The notes beneath the pieces are model-generated. The model did no database searches. It saw only the letters and a list, made by a program, of their open reading frames with translations, and had not been told where the DNA came from. Positions 10,076 to 18,924 of a stretch of 64,000 nt of DNA are shown piece by piece. Each line of letters begins with the position of its first letter. The stretch's first letter is position 1. The DNA is taken from IMG/VR virus record IMGVR_UViG_3300046779_000519, positions 113 to 64,112 of that record, one strand, 5' to 3'. This stretch comes from a virus (lineage: Duplodnaviria; Caudoviricetes). A program made the translations under genes and the position numbers.

Positions 10076-10366
10076 ATGTCATTTATCAAGCAGTTGTTCT
10101 CTGACGACAACGACATCAACGAGAAGTCTGTACTAGGATTCTTATCGTTCTTAGTTCTTTTTGTTTACGGATTTGTAGACATCGTTACTGGCTACTTTGG
10201 TCAGCAGTTCGTTATCGAACCTATCATCTTAGAAGTATTCGCTGCATTAACAGCTGGTTGTTTTGGTATCTCATCTTATGAGAAAGTTCAGAACCGCAAG
10301 ACTGATGCTGAACGCGAAAAGAACTTACCTGGCGGATTAGACCCGCTTCCAGAAGATGAAGGTTAA
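10076..10366 (+). CDS. Putative holin
   Basis: 96 aa, two hydrophobic helices, charged C-terminus, within the lysis cassette. Confidence 0.6.
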   Translation: MSFIKQLFSDDNDINEKSVLGFLSFLVLFVYGFVDIVTGYFGQQFVIEPIILEVFAALTAGCFGISSYEKVQNRKTDAEREKNLPGGLDPLPEDEG

Positions 10367-10961
10367 TATAGCCCTTTTTATCTGTTGTATCATTGCTATC
10401 TTCTATGCTTATACTAAGCATATGCAAGCAGGCGAGGCACGTCCTAATGATACCTTAGTTGTACACGATACGTCTTGGCAAAAGTACGACTCTATCGTAG
10501 TTAGAAAGGTTCCTGTACCTTATGAGGTTAAAGTACCTGTTGAATCTAAGCCTGAGATGTTGCCTGATACAAACTATGCTAAGTTAAAGGAGCAGTATAT
10601 GGCGTTACTTCAGCTGTATATGAATAAGTTAGTTTACTCAGATACAATCAGAGTCGGCACCTACGGATACATTGCTGTATTGGATACAATCAACGAGAAC
10701 AAATTAAAGTATAGAAGAACGCGTGATAATTTCAACATTCCAATCGTTAAGGAAACTAAGACAATTACTACATACTCACCACCTACACGCAATGTATTCG
10801 TTGGAGGTGGCGTCTTGGTTAACAATGCTCTTGGAGTAAGAGGTGCTGAAGCGGGACTATTATTGAAAACAAAAAAAGACCAACTGTATAACATTAAAGC
10901 TTCTGTCGACATCGATGGAAATGTTATGTACGGTGCTGGTTATTACTATAAACTAAAATAA
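10356..10961 (+). CDS. Putative spanin-like lysis protein
   Basis: N-terminal TM anchor, Pro/Val-rich VHDT...VPVPYEVKVPV segment, beta-stranded C-terminus ending GAGYYYKLK; between holin and endolysin. Confidence 0.45.
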   Translation: MKVNIALFICCIIAIFYAYTKHMQAGEARPNDTLVVHDTSWQKYDSIVVRKVPVPYEVKVPVESKPEMLPDTNYAKLKEQYMALLQLYMNKLVYSDTIRVGTYGYIAVLDTINENKLKYRRTRDNFNIPIVKETKTITTYSPPTRNVFVGGGVLVNNALGVRGAEAGLLLKTKKDQLYNIKASVDIDGNVMYGAGYYYKLK

Positions 10962-10962
10962 G

Positions 10963-11139
10963 ATGAATTTAATCAAATGGATTAAAGCGTTGTTCACTGC
11001 AAAGAAAAAAGTAGCAGTAGCAGTTGAGAAGACTCAAGACGCTGTAGTTGAAATTAAAGATGCTGTAGCAGAAGCTATCGCAGAAGTAGCTGTACCTGCT
11101 CCTAAGAAGAAAAAGTACTACGCAAAGAAGAAGAAGTAA
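10963..11139 (+). CDS. 58-aa Ala/Lys-rich small protein (not in ORF track)
   Basis: MNLIKWIKALFTAKKKVAVAVEK...PAPKKKKYYAKKKK*; fills the gap exactly between flanking genes. Confidence 0.6.
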   Translation: MNLIKWIKALFTAKKKVAVAVEKTQDAVVEIKDAVAEAIAEVAVPAPKKKKYYAKKKK

Positions 11140-11140
11140 T

Positions 11141-11986
11141 ATGCTATTAAGACTAGGTTCATTTGGGGATGACGTCACTAAGCTTCAAGTTAAGCTTGGC
11201 GTAGACCCTATTGGCAAGTTTGGTCCTAAGACAGAGGCAGCTGTTAAAGGTTGGCAATCCGCTCACGGTTTAACACCTGATGGTATTGTAGGAGATTCAA
11301 CGTGGGCGAAGATGTTTGCTCCAGTGGCAGAAGTACCCGCGCCACAACCAATCGTCGCTCCTGCGCCAACTACGACGCCTACATTCAAGCTAGATGCTCT
11401 TAAAGGACACGTTCCTCAAGCTGTTATTGATGCTATACCTGATACAGCAGCTCGTTTTGGAATCACAACTCCATTACGCCTTGCTCACTTCTTAGCACAG
11501 GCAGCTCACGAATCTGGTGGATTTACGGCGACTACGGAAAACTTGAATTACCGAGCTAAAGGATTATGTGGAATCTTCCGCAAGTATTTTCCTAGCGTAA
11601 CTGTTGCTTTGCAATACGAGCGTAAGCCAGAGAAGATTGCTAATAAGGTTTATGCTAACCGTATGGGTAATGGTAACGAAGCATCAGGAGACGGATGGAA
11701 GCACCGTGGGCGTGGCTATATCCAATTAACTGGAAAGGATAATTACAAAGCATTTGATGCCACAGTTCCTGAAGACATTATGGCTAACCCTGATTTAGTA
11801 GCTACTAAGTATGCATTAGCCTCCGCAGCGTTCTTCTTTAAGAAGAATGGCTTATGGGCTATCTGTGACAGGGGTGCGGATAACGCAACTGTTACTGCTG
11901 TAACTAAGAGAGTAAACGGTGGAACTATTGGTTTAGCAGACCGTCAAAAACATTTTAACGAGTTCTATCATTTATTAGCAGCATAA
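11141..11986 (+). CDS. Endolysin: peptidoglycan-binding domain + GH19 (chitinase-class) muramidase
   Basis: LRLGSFGDDVTKLQ...DGIVGDSTW PG-binding repeat; RLAHFLAQAAHESGGF, ENLNY, RGRGYIQLTGKDNY, VTKRVNGG GH19 motifs. Confidence 0.92.
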   Translation: MLLRLGSFGDDVTKLQVKLGVDPIGKFGPKTEAAVKGWQSAHGLTPDGIVGDSTWAKMFAPVAEVPAPQPIVAPAPTTTPTFKLDALKGHVPQAVIDAIPDTAARFGITTPLRLAHFLAQAAHESGGFTATTENLNYRAKGLCGIFRKYFPSVTVALQYERKPEKIANKVYANRMGNGNEASGDGWKHRGRGYIQLTGKDNYKAFDATVPEDIMANPDLVATKYALASAAFFFKKNGLWAICDRGADNATVTAVTKRVNGGTIGLADRQKHFNEFYHLLAA

Positions 11987-12111
11987 TGGCAAAGCAAAAA
12001 CCATCATCGGAGAATAAAAAGGTTGTATTTGGTGTACGTCGTAACGGCAAGCACAAGAAGACAAATGGTCCAAAAGAAAGTCCGTCGAAGAAATCACGCG
12101 GGCAGGGGTAG
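11986..12111 (+). CDS. 41-aa basic protein (not in ORF track)
   Basis: MAKQKPSSENKKVVFGVRRNGKHKKTNGPKESPSKKSRGQG*; ATG overlaps endolysin stop. Confidence 0.6.
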   Translation: MAKQKPSSENKKVVFGVRRNGKHKKTNGPKESPSKKSRGQG

Positions 12112-12113
12112 AT

Positions 12114-12584
12114 ATGAAATTAATGTTAAGCATATCGCTCATATGGATAGGTGTTTATTTCTTAAAACCACAAGAAATAACCGTAGCATCTGTACAGAAT
12201 AATGTACAGATTGGAGCACTTGCTGGTAACAGAAACTTAGAGTTTGGCGTTAAAAACATCCTAGAGGAGTTCTTGCAAGAAGCAGGACACGAGGTGTCAG
12301 AAGATGCGCCAACGCAGATTAAGGTAGAGATTCTTTATTTAGATGTACTTAAAACTCAGTCGAATCTATCCGTATTCCATAGCAATAAGGAAGCGGTAGT
12401 TATTCGTCTTAGAGGAAAGTTAATACAAGATGGTAAGGTTAAGAAGACTGTCATCGTAGAAGAGCAAGCAGAAGAGGTTTCAATGGCTATGCTTTTAATT
12501 GACGAGGGCGGAAAGTTTAATCAAGCATCCCTAAGTTCCGCAATAAAGAAGTCTTGTAACACCTTAATCACTAAGCTATTATAA
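12114..12584 (+). CDS. Secreted protein, CsgG/LptE-like alpha-beta fold candidate
   Basis: Signal peptide; NLEFGVKNILEEFLQEAG helix parallels RVGLGVTNIVIEFLEET of the CsgG-like gene at 15252; C-terminal helix LSSAIKKSCNTLI parallels IGTTTKKALENAA. Confidence 0.5.
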   Translation: MKLMLSISLIWIGVYFLKPQEITVASVQNNVQIGALAGNRNLEFGVKNILEEFLQEAGHEVSEDAPTQIKVEILYLDVLKTQSNLSVFHSNKEAVVIRLRGKLIQDGKVKKTVIVEEQAEEVSMAMLLIDEGGKFNQASLSSAIKKSCNTLITKLL

Positions 12585-14359
12585 TGAAAAAACTCCTTCT
12601 AATTGTCCAGTTTTTTGTGCTATTAACTGGACATTCTTACGCTCAAACAGTCAAATTAAGTTTGCAAAACGCAAACACTAATACCAATGTTAACGGCACT
12701 GTTATCAACAAGGGCGACGAGTTCATTGTAACCGTGATGGCAGACGGGAATAACAATACCTCCACTCGTGCGCTATACTTCGACTTTGAATATCAGAACA
12801 CCGCATTTGAATTAATGACTGTTAACCACACAGGCACAATGGGCAATGGCGGTATTATTCCTTATGGCTCACAAATCTCAATGAGCTACCAAAACTACCC
12901 AGGTTATAGCTATAACAAGACATCCTTAAACACTACTGATAACGGTAATACCAACTACAATTACTGCCAATACAATTACACACAAGGAGGACCTAAATCA
13001 ATTTTGCGTGTATATCTTAACTGGTCTATTGCACAAGGTGGGCTAGGAACAGATAGATTACTTGTTCTTAAGTTCAAACTAAAGACAGACGCCCCAGGAT
13101 ACGCTTGGAACCCTATTGTAATGAACTTTGCGGCAGCATTTAACCAAGACGGCACATCTGGTTCAACGTTAATGACAACGCCTCTTACAAGCGTTATTAT
13201 GCTAGACCCTGTAGCTACTAGATACATTAATCCTACGATTGATTACAACGCAAATGTGGACATTCAATCGCTTCATCGTATTGCATTTACAGATAGTGCC
13301 GCTAACACAACATACCTAGTAGACGCTTTATCTGACGGCACAATTCCTGTAGACCAGACTAGATTCCAGCCTAATACGGTTTACCACGTTAGGACGTTAT
13401 TTAATATGGATAGCATTAAAGAGTTATCCGCGGCAGCAGTTACAGTCTCTGACTACACAACTGCGCAGGCTGAGTTTGTTACACAGAACTTAGATGGAAC
13501 GTTTAAGAATCAAAACATTATCACAGGAGCTGGATACTACGCATCAGATGTCAACTACAATAAGAAGCTAGACGGAGGAGACTTAGTGAGATTATTTGCG
13601 CAGGTAACGGGAGTAGAGAACTTGGTTACGCTGCCAGCTAACTATGCAGCAGGCACAGATATGTATATGAGTGTTCCTACGTTCACAGACTCTACGTTCA
13701 ATAAGATGACAGCAGCAAACTGGAAGGATGTAGATAAGAATTATGTACGCTTTAAGACAGCTGAGATTGGGAAGAATCTTCCTCTAAAGCTTAGATTCTT
13801 AATCCCAGGCGACATTAACAGAAGCCATAGCTCACAGGTTGTTATTAACAATGCTATAGCTACCAACGCAGTGCCTAGCTTAAAGAAGAGCTTAGCTACA
13901 ACGCAAACTGCTCACTTATTGATTAACACTCCTCAGTTTATCCCATCTATTGATGTTACAATTCAAGGTAAAACTGTAACAACTAACAGCTTTGAGATAC
14001 CTGTTAAGGTAAACACTAAAGAAAGTAATATTGCTGCCTTGCAATTTGAGTTCGTTTATGACCCGACAAAGGTTAAATTTGTAGCGCTGTTAAATGAGCT
14101 ACCTAATACTTGGTATACGTTTGTGGATAATAAGGACGGTAGAGTAAGATTTGGAGCCTTAGATAAAGAACTAAAGACTCCTGTAACGGGTGAGCTTACT
14201 CCATTTAAGTTAAAGTTTGAGACTATTGGAAACGGGGCAGACATTAACACAGTGATTCGCGTGTCTCCTAATATGGATGCAGCGTCTAAGTCAGGATATC
14301 AGCTAGGTATTAATTTAAACCTAGAGGTTATAAAATTAACGGGAATAAATAACTTTTAG
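12584..14359 (+). CDS. Secreted cohesin-dockerin-cohesin domain protein
   Basis: Signal peptide ending SYA-Q; N-terminal KGDEFIVTV...LYFDFEYQNTAFEL and C-terminal FEIPVKVN...IAALQFEFVYDPTKVKFV...GRVRFG cohesin patterns; central DVNYNKKLDGGDLVRL and LIPGDINRS dockerin-like motifs. Confidence 0.7.
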   Translation: MKKLLLIVQFFVLLTGHSYAQTVKLSLQNANTNTNVNGTVINKGDEFIVTVMADGNNNTSTRALYFDFEYQNTAFELMTVNHTGTMGNGGIIPYGSQISMSYQNYPGYSYNKTSLNTTDNGNTNYNYCQYNYTQGGPKSILRVYLNWSIAQGGLGTDRLLVLKFKLKTDAPGYAWNPIVMNFAAAFNQDGTSGSTLMTTPLTSVIMLDPVATRYINPTIDYNANVDIQSLHRIAFTDSAANTTYLVDALSDGTIPVDQTRFQPNTVYHVRTLFNMDSIKELSAAAVTVSDYTTAQAEFVTQNLDGTFKNQNIITGAGYYASDVNYNKKLDGGDLVRLFAQVTGVENLVTLPANYAAGTDMYMSVPTFTDSTFNKMTAANWKDVDKNYVRFKTAEIGKNLPLKLRFLIPGDINRSHSSQVVINNAIATNAVPSLKKSLATTQTAHLLINTPQFIPSIDVTIQGKTVTTNSFEIPVKVNTKESNIAALQFEFVYDPTKVKFVALLNELPNTWYTFVDNKDGRVRFGALDKELKTPVTGELTPFKLKFETIGNGADINTVIRVSPNMDAASKSGYQLGINLNLEVIKLTGINNF

Positions 14360-14364
14360 GTTAA

Positions 14365-14718
14365 ATGAAAAAGACCATAGCATTTTTGTTGATAGTGATG
14401 CTGGCAGCTTGCCAAGACATTGAGCAATTAGAAAAAGAAGTTAGCCTAGGAGAAATGCCTGTGGCTACAGATATTAAGAGCTTATCAGTACAAGGGAAAC
14501 AGGCTACCATTGTAGCTAATACAACTGTAGGGGCTAAATACTCCATACAAATCCAATCATTCGGGAAAACCGAACCGTTGAAGACAGTTGGGTTTACGGC
14601 TACATCGGTGGCGACTATCAAGACTATTCAATTAGATACATTGTCTCGTGGGTTATATGACTTAACTTTGACGGACGTATCGGGCGTAACAATTAAAAAA
14701 CCTTTAATCATTAATTAA
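14365..14718 (+). CDS. Lipoprotein resembling a stand-alone T9SS type-A sorting domain
   Basis: Lipobox LAA-C16; C-terminus IQLDTLSRGLYDLTLTDVSGVTIKKPLIIN resembles the T9SS CTD pattern (GxY...KK-hydrophobic). Confidence 0.55.
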   Translation: MKKTIAFLLIVMLAACQDIEQLEKEVSLGEMPVATDIKSLSVQGKQATIVANTTVGAKYSIQIQSFGKTEPLKTVGFTATSVATIKTIQLDTLSRGLYDLTLTDVSGVTIKKPLIIN

Positions 14719-14719
14719 G

Positions 14720-15025
14720 ATGGCAGAAGAACAAGAAGGCGGAGGCTCACTTAAGAGCATCCTTATCGGATTAGCAAGTACAATCGCACTAGGTGTAGGT
14801 GGATTTGTGACTAAACAATTAACAGGCGAAGAAGAAGCAGCGGCTGCACCAGCGGCAGTAACAGCACCAGCTCCAGTAATTAACATTACGACTAATAACA
14901 CGCAACAGCAAAAGCAATCTGCATCTGCAGGCGGCACAAGAGTTGTTGAGCGGGTTGTAGAGAAACCAGCGGCACCTAAGAAAAAGACTGAGAAAGAAGC
15001 TCTACAAGAAGAGCCGAAGTGGTAA
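14720..15025 (+). CDS. Single-TM protein with Ala/Pro-rich linker
   Basis: 101 aa; hydrophobic ILIGLASTIALGVGGFV then low-complexity and basic tail. Confidence 0.6.
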   Translation: MAEEQEGGGSLKSILIGLASTIALGVGGFVTKQLTGEEEAAAAPAAVTAPAPVINITTNNTQQQKQSASAGGTRVVERVVEKPAAPKKKTEKEALQEEPKW

Positions 15026-15251
15026 TTAATGTTGATTATATTATACATTAACCCCAGTTTTGGGCATTAATGTTGAATATATTCAACAAAAATCCAAACC
15101 AATATTGGCTGGTAAATGATAATTATCCAAACCAATGGTTTGCATTACTAATATACACTATTGACGAAACTTGTAATTTTTGACAAGTTCTGATAATAAG
15201 GGAAACTACAATTTACAAATATGTAAATTATTGTAAAATACAGTTAACGTT

Positions 15252-15956
15252 ATGAAGAAAATATTAATCCTATTACTAGCTTCATTTGGAGCAACCGCAC
15301 AAATAGCAACTGTTAAAACAGAAGGCTACACAGCTTCATTTGAGAAGAAGATTAATATCGATTCATTAATGGACTACGAAGGTCCGAAGATTCCTATTCA
15401 GCTATTGTCTTTAGGTATCAATGAGGAGGTATACGCTGCGTATCCTGAGCTAAAAGATAAGCGCGTGGGTCTTGGTGTCACTAACATTGTTATCGAGTTC
15501 CTAGAGGAAACTAATCGCTTCACGTTTACCGAAGACAAAGCTGAGATTAAGAACAGGATGGTTAAGCAGTTCCAAGCCTCACAAGCTGGAATCTCTGAGA
15601 ATAAGCTAGACGGCAGAGGTAAAATCAAGTTAGCTCAGTACTTTGTCTACATTGAATGCTACGACTTCTCAGTTAGCGAGGATGAGTCTATCTCTATGAA
15701 AGACGGCGTCAAGCAGACAGTAGTTACGCGCCTAGGTTTACAGGTTAAGTTTGTTAACGCTGAGACAGGTGAGTTCTTTACAGGCTCAGGAATGGGCGAA
15801 GCTAAGACAACTCGTGAGGCTACATTAATGAACGACGGCAACTTTGCGGAGATTAAATTTAACCAGTCTACTATTGGTACAACCACAAAGAAAGCGTTAG
15901 AGAATGCTGCCGCAAAAATCATCGTTAGAATGATTAAGAAGAAAATCTTCAAGTAA
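15252..15956 (+). CDS. CsgG/HfaB-family outer-membrane channel-like protein
   Basis: Signal peptide ending ATA-Q; IEFLEETNRFTFTE, AQYFVYIECYDFS, LGLQVKFVNAETGE match the CsgG family pattern. Confidence 0.72.
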   Translation: MKKILILLLASFGATAQIATVKTEGYTASFEKKINIDSLMDYEGPKIPIQLLSLGINEEVYAAYPELKDKRVGLGVTNIVIEFLEETNRFTFTEDKAEIKNRMVKQFQASQAGISENKLDGRGKIKLAQYFVYIECYDFSVSEDESISMKDGVKQTVVTRLGLQVKFVNAETGEFFTGSGMGEAKTTREATLMNDGNFAEIKFNQSTIGTTTKKALENAAAKIIVRMIKKKIFK

Positions 15957-17245
15957 TGAAACTGATATATGCACTCCTATTTATCATAGCCCCACTATGT
16001 GCATATTCACAAGTTTTAACCCAAACCTTTGTTGACCCTTGCTCTGGGAAAGTTACTGTCGTTACCGTACCTTTGGCGAACGGCAAGACTACTGTAGTCT
16101 ATAGAGGGCAATACAGAGTAGTAACGTCTAACGATATTACTACAGGTGCGCTACAGGCTTGGATTAACGATTTAACCATTAACTTCCCTTGCCCGCAAGC
16201 TACTGTCGCTGTAACACAAACCGTAGCAAATGCAGTACAACAAGCAGTAGCGGCAGCGGCATCTGCAGCAACAGCTCAAGCTACGTCAGCTGCAACTTCA
16301 GCGGCTACATCTGCGGCAACAAGTGCTGCGTCATCGGCAGCTAGTTCAGCGGCTTCTTCTGCAGCATCATCTGCAGCATCGTCTTCTGCGGCTAGTAGCA
16401 CACCAGCTCCATCAACAACATCTAGCAGTACACCTAAAGCAGAAACAAAGTCAGAAACCAAGTCAGAGTCACAAAGCGAATCCAAAAGCGAGAGCAAGTC
16501 AGAGTCAAAGAGTGAGGAAAAGTCTGAGTCTAAATCCGAATCGAAAAGTGAAAGCAAGAAAGAATCCAAATCAGAAAAGAAGAGCGAAGCCAAGAAATCG
16601 GCTGCTGTGGCGAATCCGATTATATATAGCTCGGACTTTACAGTCGCTCCATCAAGTGATGTTATTTCTATTATCGCAAGCGTAGGAATGAGTCAAAGTT
16701 CACTAATGGGCAACTCTTCGTGGGGGATATCTACTATGATATGGTCTACGCTTAATCAGTTTGCTCTTAGTGGCAGATACACTATGTTAAACTTCGAAGG
16801 AGGTAAGATGCAGTCCATTTCTAACTTCGGTATCACAGGCGTCTATTTAGGGGGCACAGCGCTTGGATTTGTTACCGCTGCACATATCCAACCTTTAGGG
16901 AAATACGGTACGTCAGGAGCCAACTATACGCTTAGTTTTGCAGGCGCAGATGCGGGGATGAATATTAGCAATAACATAATGTTGTTTTACACAATCCCTG
17001 TTAAGGTTAGTAAAAGGTTAACGGTATCTCCAGATATATACTTCTCAGGTAGCGCAACAGGTTATTTAACGGCACAACAGAAGTTTGTTACATCTAATGA
17101 CGTTGGAGTTCTTACTGGGGCATCGTTTGACATTGCGCTTACTAAACGCTTCAAGTTCAACTTTGCCTTGAAGACAGGGTTTAACAGCAATCCAATTATT
17201 CCCCAAAGTTATTTGGGTATGATTGGGACTAAGATAAATTTATAG
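15956..17245 (+). CDS. Outer-membrane beta-barrel protein with Ala/Ser and SESK low-complexity stalk
   Basis: Signal peptide ending AYS-Q; ~120-aa A/S/T then (S/K/E)-repeat region; ~210-aa alternating hydrophobic strands ending MIGTKINL. Confidence 0.65.
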   Translation: MKLIYALLFIIAPLCAYSQVLTQTFVDPCSGKVTVVTVPLANGKTTVVYRGQYRVVTSNDITTGALQAWINDLTINFPCPQATVAVTQTVANAVQQAVAAAASAATAQATSAATSAATSAATSAASSAASSAASSAASSAASSSAASSTPAPSTTSSSTPKAETKSETKSESQSESKSESKSESKSEEKSESKSESKSESKKESKSEKKSEAKKSAAVANPIIYSSDFTVAPSSDVISIIASVGMSQSSLMGNSSWGISTMIWSTLNQFALSGRYTMLNFEGGKMQSISNFGITGVYLGGTALGFVTAAHIQPLGKYGTSGANYTLSFAGADAGMNISNNIMLFYTIPVKVSKRLTVSPDIYFSGSATGYLTAQQKFVTSNDVGVLTGASFDIALTKRFKFNFALKTGFNSNPIIPQSYLGMIGTKINL

Positions 17246-17273
17246 GTATCTTTACACAACCAAACAAAAAGAT

Positions 17274-17477
17274 ATGATTCAATTTATGATTCCTTTTGAT
17301 TCCATCAATGAAATGGAGTCTGAGCACATTAAGTTCTTGGGCATCCAAGAAACTAAATCAAAGATGTTGTTGGATATGTTAGACGCTATTGCAGAAATTC
17401 CAGTAGAGTCAAAATTAGAACTAGAGACTAATATATTAGATGCGTTATCAGAAATTGTATCTAAAGTAAGAAAATAG
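17274..17477 (+). CDS. Hypothetical protein
   Basis: 67 aa with AACCAAAC leader and downstream terminator. Confidence 0.5.
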   Translation: MIQFMIPFDSINEMESEHIKFLGIQETKSKMLLDMLDAIAEIPVESKLELETNILDALSEIVSKVRK

Positions 17478-17510
17478 CGAGTACGTTTTATTAATGGAAA
17501 ATGAATACTA

Positions 17511-17545
17511 ATGCCTTGGCTCTCTGAGCTGGGGCATTGTCTTTT
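17511..17545 (+). terminator. Intrinsic terminator
   Basis: ATGCCTTGGCTC-tct-GAGCTGGGGCAT then T-rich. Confidence 0.7.
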
Positions 17546-17590
17546 ATAGATAAAATTTCATAACTTTGGATAAATATAACATTATGTATA

Positions 17591-18283
17591 ATGGCTAATA
17601 TAGCAATTAAGGATGCGCACGACTTCATTCGCTCCATTATAAAGAAGAATAAGGGAGGGTTTGTTAGTCCAGGAGATATAGATATCGCTATTAATCGCAG
17701 CGTATCTGACTGGATGAATGCTGCATTATATAAATATCAGACTACAAAGAAGTTTGACTATGACCATTTATTGGTTAAGAAGAAGGTATTTACAGTAGCA
17801 AGCACAACTTCGGTTCAAAGCATTGCTCAAGATGATTATGTACAAGCACTAACAATCTACCTTAAGGATGGCACAAATGTCAACGAAGGCAGAATGTATG
17901 ACTGGGATAGATTCTTAGAAGTAAAGAATAGTGCAATTATTCCTCCCTCAATATCAGAGCCTATAGCTACGGTATTTGTTGCCGAGGAAAGTTCTGTTAA
18001 CGTGCCTAAAGTTGAGTTTGCACCTGTGCCTCCGTCTGGAACAACATACGAGTACACATTGGTGTATATGAGACGCCCGAAGAAAGGTGTTTATGCTTAC
18101 GACACAAGCAATGGTAACTTTACTTATAAATTAAGTGGAAGTGTAGACATTGACATTGATGAAAGATATTTTTCTGATATTATGACGCGGGCATTAATGT
18201 ACTTAGGTGTATCATTAAAAGACGCGGATGTTGCTTCAACTGAGGCAATGAGAGATAACAATCAGAAATTAGACGAAAGGTAA
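17591..18283 (+). CDS. Tail ring / head-tail adaptor protein 1
   Basis: 230 aa; promoter box 17561; pattern (AINRSV...YMRRP...IMTRAL) and position before two more ring-sized genes and a muzzle gene as in crAss-like phages. Confidence 0.6.
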   Translation: MANIAIKDAHDFIRSIIKKNKGGFVSPGDIDIAINRSVSDWMNAALYKYQTTKKFDYDHLLVKKKVFTVASTTSVQSIAQDDYVQALTIYLKDGTNVNEGRMYDWDRFLEVKNSAIIPPSISEPIATVFVAEESSVNVPKVEFAPVPPSGTTYEYTLVYMRRPKKGVYAYDTSNGNFTYKLSGSVDIDIDERYFSDIMTRALMYLGVSLKDADVASTEAMRDNNQKLDER

Positions 18284-18289
18284 TAAGTT

Positions 18290-18922
18290 ATGACTAAGAA
18301 AATTTTAGCTGAACAGATACAGCGCCTTTACGCTAGATTCCTAGATAAAGACAACCCGTCTGATGTAATTGATACAAGAGAGATTCTCTTACTAATAAAC
18401 CAAAGTATCAATAAGGTACTAAAGTTACAGGTAGCCGAGTCTTTTAAGGCTGGTATGGTTGATGTACCTAAGTGTAACTTAATTGAATATACTTGTGCTG
18501 TTACAGCTGAAACAGGGAATAATCGCGCTTACATTACGTTGCCCGCTATTCCATTGACATTACCTATGGATATGGGAATTTGGTCTATTGCTGCATCGAA
18601 TGGTGCAATGACTCCTTATATCCCAATCCCAGCACAAGATGTATTAGTTTTTCAAGGAGCTAACTTGAGTTATTTAGAAGGCAAAATTGGATACTATTTA
18701 CAGGGGTCAAGGGTTTATTTTACAAAGAATATTACGCTATCTGCTAACGGAACAGTAACGTCTGTTGTTGTTAATTTATTAATAATGGATATCAGTAAAT
18801 TCACAGATAATGATATGTTGCCTATTTCACCAGAAGTTGAATCTGCAATTATTGACGATGTCTTACAAACAATCAGTAATGGTCGTGTATCTCAAGCAGA
18901 GCTTGCTAGTAAACAACAATAA
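18290..18922 (+). CDS. Tail ring protein 2
   Basis: 210 aa; ends in DMLPISPEVESAII; synteny. Confidence 0.55.
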   Translation: MTKKILAEQIQRLYARFLDKDNPSDVIDTREILLLINQSINKVLKLQVAESFKAGMVDVPKCNLIEYTCAVTAETGNNRAYITLPAIPLTLPMDMGIWSIAASNGAMTPYIPIPAQDVLVFQGANLSYLEGKIGYYLQGSRVYFTKNITLSANGTVTSVVVNLLIMDISKFTDNDMLPISPEVESAIIDDVLQTISNGRVSQAELASKQQ

Positions 18923-18924
18923 GA

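Noticed and set aside
16230-16610. DNA tandem repeat or overlapping genes (ORFs 16276-16593 and 16323-16685)
   Set aside because: The repeats are at protein level with varied codons; the extra ORFs are shadows of the low-complexity stalk.
12114-17245. Canonical curli operon
   Set aside because: No CsgA/CsgB curlin repeats or recognisable CsgE/CsgF; only CsgG-like folds are supported.
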